NCBI GenBank assembly: GCA_002269645.1
Contig: NIVC01000031.1
Coordinates: forward strand, 124,001-188,000
Reading direction: 5' to 3'
Source of the DNA: Macrostomum lignano
Taxonomy: Eukaryota
Length of the DNA stretch: 64,000 nucleotides
The notes beneath the pieces are model-generated. The model was given only the letters and a program-made list of their open reading frames with translations. It did not search any database and was not told the DNA's origin. Position 1 is the stretch's first letter. Each line of letters begins with the position of its first letter. The position numbers were made by a program, and so were the translations under genes. Positions 36,201 to 45,400 of the stretch are shown here, in pieces.

Positions 36201-37798
36201 GATGGCTCTGCTGCAGACGCCGCTCCAGCCGACAGAGCTCTGAGAGCAATGGCTCAGAGGCAGCATATCTGCAATTGAGTCAGCAATCACTCATATACTC
36301 TCTACTGAAATGTATCACGCAATAATTATTTCTCACTCACCAGATCTCTTAGCGCCAGCTTGGTGTACTCTCCGAACACTTCGACCTCGCACAGAGTGAG
36401 GTACTTCTTCAGATTTGTCCTGATGATGACATTCTGACCGACCTTGTCGCACTTGAATCTCTTCACTGAAAGAACGTGCTGGACCTGTGTCTGGCGCACA
36501 CCTGTCCGTCCACGATGATGTCGAAGTTGTTGAGTAGGTTGGAGCAACAGTCGAGCCTGTTGTAGATGACGACCTCCTTGATGTGAGCGGGTCTGGTAAA
36601 GCTTCCTTGCCAGAATCCGCCAGGGGCTTTAGTGTGGGTGCAGGAGTGCTTGCCGTAATCCTGGTTTTTGTTTCCATCCATGGCTCGCTTGCAGACTCCG
36701 TTCCATCCCGTCGAGGTCTGGAAGCACGTGTTGAAGCTCAGCTTGTCTGTGGATTCAGTTCAGTTGGTTGGTTTTGTGTGCTGGCTTTAACTAATAAAGT
36801 TTAGCAGCAAGAGACCTACTTTGGGTGGAGAAACATCGAATGAAGTTAGTGATGTAGGTACTAAATGTCACATATCAGTGGTACTTATTTACAGTTTTTA
36901 GTGTCTCTAAAGAATGTCTAAAAAGAAAGTCAATGCATGAGAAATACTCCTACGTTGACTTGTTGACTTGCTGTAAAGCTGGTTAGTAAAAATTCACCGG
37001 TATTCTTACAGCTGCGAGCGGGGCCAAAATATGCTGAGGGCAAAAATCTTCTTTGTCAACTAATACCTCGCGTCATTGCGTTTTGTTATACTACGATAAC
37101 ACAGTTGACGTGGTTTTAAGCTTTGATGTATGGTTATGATTTTTTAATTAGCAGCTGAAGTTTAATTAAGAAGAAAAAATTAAAAAGTAACAACTCTCTT
37201 ACTATGGAGAATTGGGTTAGCAAGAGGATATCGTTTGATTCCCTGATCGTGTGTTAGCATTGAACGTCTACGTTGACTACTGTGTAGAATCTGTGTTTAG
37301 AATTAAGATACGTTTTAAAAGCAATCTTTTAAGGCTGTAAAATGTTTTTGTTTATTCCTTTAATCTTCTGCGGATTCAAAATGATTTAAGCAAAATCACT
37401 AAAGTTGTCAATGCACGGGATTACACCCACAAGTTTGATATTATACTATGATGGGCAAAGCAAAAAGGGTAACAAAATAAGTTTGTTCTGGGACTTCGTG
37501 GCAGTGAAACTTCGTATAGTCTAAAATTGGAGTTTCTTTGCTGTGGGCAACTTTGCTGTGCAGAACACTGAAGTGGTGCAGAAGTTGATGGTAGAGTTTA
37601 TACATTTCTGACGCTTGCTACGGCTTATATTTCCGGATTCACTTTTTCGTCATGGAGTTTTAATCTAGTACGTTAGAAATAAATTATGAATCAATCAGCA
37701 TAGGAAATTGGCTTACTGTTGGCAGTAACAGCCTGAAGTAGCATCAAAAATAGAAGCCATCGATGCCAAGCCACTTGAAAATTCGACCTGCTGGTCAT
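24269..37798 (-). CDS. Secreted multi-domain lectin 1: signal peptide + 8 F-type lectin domains + WSC domain (~1204 aa if repaired)
   Basis: Exons: SP 37798-37717 (MTSRSNFQVAWHRWLLFLMLLQAVTAN); FTLD 36746-36341 (two 1-bp deletions), 36268-35867, 32484-32077, 32003-31602, 29007-28600, 28526-28125, 25533-25126, 25052-24648; WSC 24558-24269. All GT-AG, phase 1. FTLD motifs AIDGN, SCTH, NRLDCC..R, LCEV; WSC motifs YLGCFYD, MT..KC..FC, FAVQ...CFCG, C..PC.G....CGG. AATAAA at 24220-24215. Confidence 0.9.
26239..27382 (+). mobile_element. 5'-truncated non-LTR retrotransposon (RNase H-bearing, I/Ingi-like clade), copy 1
   Basis: RNase H motifs WTDGS, QAELTAI, HSDS, LIWVPAHCCISGNE..DRAA; C-terminal CCHC (CRDC..DNEDHLLHEC); short (GAA)n tail; 12-bp TSD agttgccttggt at 26227-26238 and 27383-27394; frameshift near 26790. 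Confidence 0.9.
27520..28030. repeat. Unclassified dispersed repeat (~500 bp), possibly a non-autonomous DNA element
   Basis: Copies at 31000-31510, at 50290-50640 (partial), inverted at 50670-51140, and decayed at 22165-22355. Confidence 0.7.
29713..30858 (+). mobile_element. RNase H non-LTR retrotransposon fragment, copy 2 (co-duplicated with the lectin unit)
   Basis: Near-identical to 26239-27382 with the same TSD (29701-29712 / 30859-30870); extra indel near 30625. Confidence 0.9.
32650..33013 (-). mobile_element. tRNA-derived SINE nested in the Penelope fragment
   Basis: Minus-strand head GGGGGCGTAGCCCTGCGGTCTAGCG (A box) and GGCTCGATTCC (B box), A-rich tail, 13-bp TSD ctcttatatattg at 32637-32649 and 33014-33026. 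Confidence 0.85.
33326..33363 (+). ncRNA. Minimal type I hammerhead ribozyme motif
   Basis: gcc-CTGAGGA-t-gtc(cattgggt)gac-GAAA-tgc-ATC-ggc: conserved core, stem I gcc/ggc, stem II gtc/gac, palindromic stem III ATGCAT, AUC cleavage triplet. Confidence 0.7.
33560..35340 (-). mobile_element. Degenerate Ty3/Gypsy LTR retrotransposon pol (RT, RNase H, integrase remnants)
   Basis: GSYHQVKL..ED...TAF.S.LG...F..MGFGM.TAPATF.RLM, degenerate YXDD (CIEDV), HLVRLERLF..LR..GLK, YLGQLI...GI.PNP.KV, DSSQFAVSAVLSQ, YNTSVHSTT; multiple stops and frameshifts. Confidence 0.85.
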
Positions 37799-37894
37799 GC
37801 TGAACCGTTAGAATCCTTTTGATAGTCGAATACTATCCCTTTGATAGTCTGTTATTGCTCAATTTTGAAAGGGCTTTGTGTTCAAAATTTTTGG

Positions 37895-37956
37895 CAGCTC
37901 AGCTCAACCGTTGGAGATCGGTTGGGCCTCAAGGCTGAGGCCGTGTCTATTTTATA
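37895..37956 (-). promoter_or_regulatory. Putative core promoter of lectin 1 (TATAAATA at 37955-37948 plus conserved 31-nt block)
   Basis: TATA-like octamer ~150 bp upstream of ATG 37798; block 37895-37925 is identical to 61385-61415 of lectin 2. Confidence 0.5.
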
Positions 37957-40124
37957 GTCTTTAGAATTTCGCCTCTGATGGGGTGGCTTCCGCATGGTTG
38001 GCAGCGGCATAGACAGTTTCATGCCACGGTTTATCCGGGTTTTATCCATTACACCTGTATCCTTCTACGTGAGGCAAGGGTATAGATTAGCTAGGGCTTT
38101 TGCTTTCGGTGAGTCAGGAGAGTTAAGCAAGGGCAGTCGTTGAGTCTTTTGCCGCTCTTTCGTGCGGGTCGGCCACTCGGGGTTGGCCGTCGGTCTGTCG
38201 GTCTTTTGGGTTCGCTCGCAGCTTCTCATCCCGCGGCAGACTCCGGGTTGTGCTCACGCTGCGCTAATTAATGTTAATAGTCTCGCCGGTAAGCTGCTTT
38301 GCTCAACTCGCCGCATCGGCCTTGTCTTTTGTCTGGAATGGCTGGTGGCTGCTATTGTCTTCTCTCGCGCTGTTTCTTTTTGTCTCTGCTCATGCTCTAC
38401 TCTGGCTTCGGCTCGCTTTACGGCTGCTCAGTTTTGCTTTTTAGCTCGTATACGGCCCTTTCTTGCGGATTTCTAAGCCTTCCATCTCCTTCATGCAAAC
38501 AGGAGGCCGTCTCTCGCTCCTGTTTTTATTGGCAACTCCAATACTGTGCTAGCTTTAGCTATAACGTTATATGGGGCCGTTTTGATTGCCAGGTGAAGTT
38601 TAATTATGAAATCGAAAATCACTACTGTCGAGACAATAAACTGAAATGTTTTCTACATTAAAAAGAAAATTTTCTGTAAAATCTAACACCTAAGAGGAGC
38701 TGTTAACAATTGTAGCCAGACAGTATTACCGCACTGTGGAATTCAAGTGTTGGTTTTCGATATTCTCATTCAACTTTTTTTGCAGATATTGATTGGGATT
38801 CGTTGGAAAGATCGAGAGGTCTTTTAGAAGCAACTGTGTGCAATTCTACGATACTGAAGTCTTCGTGGGTTTCAATTCCGAACAGTATAAAGTTTTCTAA
38901 TTTTTGTTTGGTCATTTTACTCATAAAACGTACGGTTAAGTGAAATAGTGAATAGTATAAAAAAGATATACTATTGAGAAGAGGTGTAGAGATCTCCAAA
39001 CACAGTAGCCTACTAAAAGTAGTAACATAAAATTACGAACACAAATTTAAAAATAGCTATGTGTCATACTCTATTTTTAGTAATACCAGTCATATCACGC
39101 AAACAGCGAGTGACTATGCTATTGTTCGAAAAACCGGTTCTCGACATCTATTTTTAGAACTTCCAAATATGGTAAATGTTAACCTGAATGTAACCCAAGT
39201 CTCACCCCTTTCTATTCAAAAACCCCACCTGTCAAATAATAAAATTCCTTTCGTGAACTCATCAAAAAACCGGTTTTGAGCTCAAGGTCGACTCAAGGCC
39301 GACAAATTGTGTATAAATATAAACGAAAAATCCGAGCTGAAGTCTCAGACTCGGAGCAGCCTCCGAAGAGGCTACATCTCTGAGGAAGAAATAAATACCA
39401 ATTGGTAAGCTTTGTTCAAGTCTTCGTTATTTTGATTATTGAGAGCGATTGTTATTGCCGGCCGTTACTGTTCAGTTGATTTTATTGAGTCTATTGAGTT
39501 TGAGGCCTCCCTTTTCCTAAGGGATTGGATAGGATCTGCGGACCGATTCCGATACCCTTAGAGGATTATTGATTTGATTGATTTTGGTTATCCTAGATTA
39601 ACCGATAGGAGCACACGACTCCGATTCCGTTAGTTCTAGAAGAAGACGCCCTTTCTGGAGGACCTCGTATTGTGATAGAAGTTGATTCTGCTACTAGGGC
39701 GCATCGTTGACATTGATTTCGGCACTCGAGAATACATTGAATTCTGCACTTGAAGAAATACTGCGACGTCGATTTAATTGCTACGCTCTCACTTTCGGCC
39801 GATTCTAGACTTCAAGAAGACCACCCCGGAAGGAACAGCTCTAAGGAGACCAGCTCTACAGACGCGCGACAAAGAAGAGGAGCCCGCAACAGTAAGTGAT
39901 CACTGATTTTGTTCCCAGGCTTAAGTGTCTGGAAGTGGGAGTTTTCGGGGGACTGATCACCTCCCGAATCAACTCTTCAGCGGCGCGATATGCCGCCACT
40001 TTTTCTGGCATTGAGCAACTGTAGAAGAAATGCAAATACACTTTGTATCTGTAGGCAAAAGTGTTCTTTATTTTCCTGGTTTTCTTTCTAGACACAAGCA
40101 AGATTTCTCATTTTGTGAAAATTT

Positions 40125-42060
40125 GCCATGGTGTTTCTGGTCTAGTTGCCATGGTGTTTCTGGTCTAGTTGCCATGGTGTTTCTGGTCTGGTTGCTATGG
40201 TGTTTCTGGTCTGGTTGTAATGGTGTTTCTGGTCTGGTTGTAATGGTGTTTCTGGTCTGGTTGTAATGGTGTTTCTGGTCTGGTTGTAATGGTGTTTCTG
40301 GTCTGGTTGTAATGGTGTTTCTGGTCTGGTTGTAATGGTGTTTCTGGTCTGGTTGTAATCGTGTTTCTGGTCTGGTTGTAATGGTGTTTCTGGTCTGGTT
40401 GTAATGGTGTTTCTGGTCTGGTTGTAATCGTGTTTCTGGTCTGGTTGCAATGATGTTTCTGGTCTGGTTGTAATGGTGTTTCTGGTATAGATGCAATGAT
40501 GTTTCTGGTCTGGTTGCTATGGTGTTTCTGGTCTGGTTGTAATGGTGTTTCTGGTCTGGTTGTAATGGTGTTTCTGGTCTGGTTGTAATGGTGTTTCTGG
40601 TCTGGTTGTAATGGTGTTTCTGGTCTGGTTGTAATGGTGTTTCTGGTCTGGTTGTAATGGTGTTTCTGGTCTGGTTGTAATGGTGTTTCTGGTCTGGTTG
40701 TAATGGTGTTTCTGGTCTGGTTGTAATGGTGTTTCTGGTCTGGTTGTAATGGTGTTTCTGGTATAGATGCAATGATGTTTCTGGTCTGGTTGCTATGGTG
40801 TTTCTGGTCTGGTTGTAATGGTGTTTCTGGTCTGGTTGTAATGGTGTTTCTGGTCTGGTTGTAATGGTGTTTCTGGTCTGGTTGCTATGGTGTTTCTGGT
40901 ATAGATGCAATGATGTTTCTGGTCTGGTTGCTATGGTGTTTCTGGTCTGGTTGTAATGGTGTTTCTGGTCTGGTTGTAATGGTGTTTCTGGTCTGGTTGT
41001 AATGGTGTTTCTGGTCTGGTTGTAATGGTGTTTCTGGTCTGGTTGCAATGATGTTTCTGGTCTGGTTGTAATGGTGTTTCTGGTCTGGTTGCAATGATGT
41101 TTCTGGTCTGGTTGTAATGGTGTTTCTGGTCTGGTTGCAATGATGTTTCTGGTCTGGTTGTAATGGTGTTTCTGGTCTGGTTGCAATGATGTTTCTGGTC
41201 TGGTTGTAATGGTGTTTCTGGTCTAGATGCAATGATGTTTCTGGTCTGGTTGCTATGGTGTTTCTGGTATAGATGCAATGGTGTTTCTGGTCTGGTTGCT
41301 ATGGTGTTTCTGGTTTAGTTGCAATGGTGTTTCTGGTCTGGTTGCGATGGTGTTTCTAGTCTGGTTGCTATGGTGTTTCTGGTCTGGTTGTAATGGTGTT
41401 TCTGGTCTGGTTGTAATGGTGTTTATGGTCTGGTTGTAATGGTGTTTCTGGTCTGGTTGTAATGGTGTTTCTGGTCTGGTTGTAATAGTGTTTCTGGTCT
41501 GGTTGTAATGGTGTTTCTGGTCTGGTTGTAATAGTGTTTCTGGTCTGGTTGTAATGGTGTTTCTGGTCTGGTTGTAATGGTGTTTCTGGTCTGGTTGTAA
41601 TGGTGTTTCTGGTCTGGTTGCTATGGTGTTTCTGGTCTGGTTGTAATGGTGTTTCTGGTCTGGTTGTAATGGTGTTTCTGGTCTGGTTGTAATAGTGTTT
41701 CTGGTCTGGTTGTAATGGTGTTTCTGGTCTGGTTGTAATGGTGTTTATGGTCTGGTTGTAATGGTGTTTCTGGTCTGGTTGTAATGGTGTTTCTGGTCTG
41801 GTTGTAATAGTGTTTCTGGTCTGGTTGTAATGGTGTTTCTGGTCTGGTTGTAATCGTGTTTCTGGTCTGGTTGTAATGGTGTTTCTGGTCTGGTTGTAAT
41901 GGTGTTTCTGGTCTGGTTGTAATGGTGTTTCTGGTCTGGTTGTAATGGTGTTTCTGGTCTGGTTGTAACGGTGTTTCTGGTCTGGTTGTAATAGTGTTTC
42001 TGGTCTGGTTGTAATGGTGTTTCTGGTCTGGTTATAATGGTGTTTCTGGTCTAGATGCCA
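40125..42060. repeat. 23-bp minisatellite array (tggtgtttctggtctggttgtaa), about 84 copies
   Basis: Tandem copies with point variants; same family as GGT intron 1. Confidence 0.95.
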
Positions 42061-42074
42061 GTCTTGTATCATTC

Positions 42075-42191
42075 CTACGCCGTGCTTATTGGCTGCTGCA
42101 AAATTACTTCCTCCACTTCTTCCCCCATCAAGGCGATTAGGCTGGCTGAAATGGTCCAGCCAATCTACTCAGGCGATTCGCCTGGCAGCAA
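42075..42191 (+). pseudogene. Non-functional copy of the GGT intron 1 acceptor and start of exon 2
   Basis: cccccatcaag|gcgattaggctggctgaaatggtccagccaatctactcaggcgattcgcctggca aligns to 17295-17362; RLGWLKWSSQSTQAIRLA versus RFGRLKWSSLFAPAIRLA. Confidence 0.85.
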
Positions 42192-42450
42192 AAATCATAA
42201 ACAGAAAATACTTACATAATTTTTGCCTGATTTACCAATAAATATATTAATCACGATTGATTTTGTAGTATATTTGGGTAAGACAGGTACTAAATCAAGT
42301 CCACTGACAATTCACCTGTTTCTAATTAAGTAGAGAATAAAACCAATAATCCAGTATTTAGTTGTTTCACCTAAACCATTTCACTATATTTTAGACTTTA
42401 TTGTAGCTTTTTGTCAAGCCACTTCAAGGCGTAGTCACGTTCACAAAACT

Positions 42451-45400
42451 TCACGACACGTTTTTATCCACCTCGAACACGGCGTTCCGCATTTTGCCGC
42501 CGCACTTGATTCCCGAGTCTCCCGAGCACGGCACGTTGCAGTCTCCGTCCTCCGCTTCTCCATTGTTGCCGTAGTTTTCGCCGCAGAAGCACCGATTGCC
42601 GGACTGCACTGCGAAGTAAGTAGTGCCGCGGGACTTGCAGAACCGGTTGCACTTCCGCTGCGTCATTTTGCTGTTTGAAGCCGCCTTGATGAAGAAGTCC
42701 GGATACTCCTCGCTGTCATAAAAACAGCCAAGATACTCTGAAAGTAAAAGTAAAATACTTCGTAGTTAGTATCATAGCTCACAAAATCTATACATAGAAA
42801 ACTCACCAAATTTTGGCCGTCTCTTGAAATATTTGCCGAAAACTTGCACCTCGCATAGAGTCAGGTAGGTCCTCTTGCGACTGCGGATCATCACGACCCT
42901 ACCGACTTTATTACACTTGAACGTCTTAACTTTGAAGACGCTGCGAGAGTTGTACGATGCGCACACGTGACCGTCCACTGTGACAACAAAGTTTGTGAGT
43001 CGATTAGAACAGCAATCAACTCTGTTGAAGATCTTGATCTCCTTGATGTGAGCCAGCTTCTGAGTCTTGGCGGTCCACCAGCCCTTCTGCAGCTTTGTGT
43101 GAGTGCACGAGTGTCCCCAGTAGTGCTGGTTGGTGTTTCCGTCGATGGCTCTGCTGCAGACGCCGTTCCAGCCAACAGAGCTCTGAGAGCAATGGCTCAG
43201 AGGCAGCACATCTGCAATTGGGTCAGCAATCACTCATATACTCTCTACTGAAATGTATCAAGCTATAATTATTTCCAACTCACCAGATCTCTTAGCGGCC
43301 AGCTTGGTGTACTCTCCGAACACTTCGACCTCGCACAGAGTGAGCCACTTTTTCGAATGCGACTTGATGGCCACGTTCCGGCCCACCCTGTTGCACTTGA
43401 AGCTCTTCACCGAGAAGAAGGTGCTGGACCGGTGTCTGACGCACACGTGGCCGTCCACGATGATGTCAAAGCTGTTGAGTCGGTTCGAGCAGCAGTCGAG
43501 TCTGTTGTAGATAACGACCTCCTTGATGTGAGCGGGCCGGCTCAAACTCGCATGCCAGTATCCGCCTACTGGATTTTTGGTATGTGTGCAGGATTTAGCA
43601 CCATAGTTCTGGTTTGTGTTTCCGTCGATGGCTCTCTCGCAAACTCCTTTGTGAGCCACAGAATTTTGAAAGCACTTGTTGAACTTCAGCTTTTCTGGAA
43701 TTCAGTAATTAAGCAAGGATGCACATCGAGTGGTTTCGATTTCGATTTGATTTGATGCCACCATTATTTAACTGCAACTATGCTTTCTCAGGTTAGAAAT
43801 TAATCCGCAGATGTTATTCCACGGCTAAACTAATTTGTCAATGCAATCGTACGAAAGTAAGTGTACAATTGTAGGACATCCAAAAGCAAAAGTAGTAAAT
43901 TCTGAGGCACATTTTTAAAATCGTCCTATACGGTACAGAGAATAGAATCATGCGACTCAAATTGCCGGGTTTTGCAATTCCCTATCAACTCTAAAAAAAC
44001 TTCTCAACTCACTGCCACTCCTTCGCGTCGTGTACTGTCCGAATACTTGCACCTCGCACAGAGTCAGGTACGTCCTCTTCCGGCTCATGATCATGACTTC
44101 CCTACCAACTAGGTTGCACCGGAATGATTTGACCATGAACACATCTGCAGACTTGTAACTGCCGCACACGTTACCGTCCACAGTAACCACAAAGTCTGTG
44201 AGTCGGTTAGCGCAGCAATCAGCTCTGTTGAAGATTTTGATTTCTCTGATGCGAGCGAGCTTCTGAGTCCTGGCAATCCACCAGCCATTATTCTCGAGCT
44301 TGTTGTGAGAGCACGACTTGCCTTTAGGAGCGCTCTGGTTTGTGTTTCCATCAATGGCTTTGGCGCAGCCAGTACTCGGGATTGCAGTTGAGCTCTGTCG
44401 ACAGCTGCCCAGCTTCAACTGGTCTGAAGTAGCGAGATCAAGATCATTGCCAAACATGATTACTGCCACATTAGTACACAAAACTCGAAACTCTACCTAA
44501 GCTTAATAACTTACTCCAGCCTTGTGATACTGTTAATGTTTCAGCTAAGCGTCAAATGTATTTTTGCTTCGTTGTTAAGGTGTGGCAAAGGTTCAGGACT
44601 GTAGGCGAGAATTTGGTACGTTGTAGCGCCTGCGCGACGTGGCAGCAACTACGAGAGTACTTTTGTGTCTTTTAACTAGGGGTGCCACGTAATAATTTTT
44701 TCGCATTACTGCGTTTTCATCTCTAGCTCTGCGAATTTCCAACTATAGGTCTGCAACTTGAAAACTAGTACTGAATCTTACTAACCAGAACTGCTTCCTA
44801 CCAAAATAGCTTTGCGTGTTAACTAACACTGCTTCTAACTTACTATCCATAGCCCTGAGCTTTACTATGCAACAGTTAGTACTGGGCTATTGTGAGTGAA
44901 CTAAGGACAATCTCTTTTTGTCACTTGAGCCGATCAGATCCTAAGGAAACTCAAATTCCTACATGTATTTTGGGCAAACTCGAATTCTGATCAGTACACG
45001 AGCCCAGACCTATCATATCGAGCCTTAGAAAATTCATTCACAGGCGTATGCAAAAAACTGTTTCAAATGAAATTACCAGTACCAATAGTTTCTGATTTGC
45101 TCATCAAATCAAAGACTGACGTGAAATTCCGTACAAATATAAGAAAGCGATGACTTACTGCCTGTGGATCGCTTAACGTACGTGCCGAACACCTGAACTT
45201 CGCATAGAGTCAGGTAGGTCCTCTTGCGACTGCGGATCATCACGACCCTACCGACTTTATTACACTTGAACGTCTTAACTTTGAAGACGCTGCGAGAGTT
45301 GTACGATGCGCACACGTGACCGTCCACTGTGACAACAAAGTTTGTGAGTCGATTAGAACAGCAATCAACTCTGTTGAAGATCTTGATCTCCTTGATGTGA

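Noticed and set aside
40068-42072. CRISPR-like appearance and Q/H/T-rich ORFs of the 23-bp array
   Set aside because: No unique spacers, no cas genes, eukaryotic context; it is a plain minisatellite.
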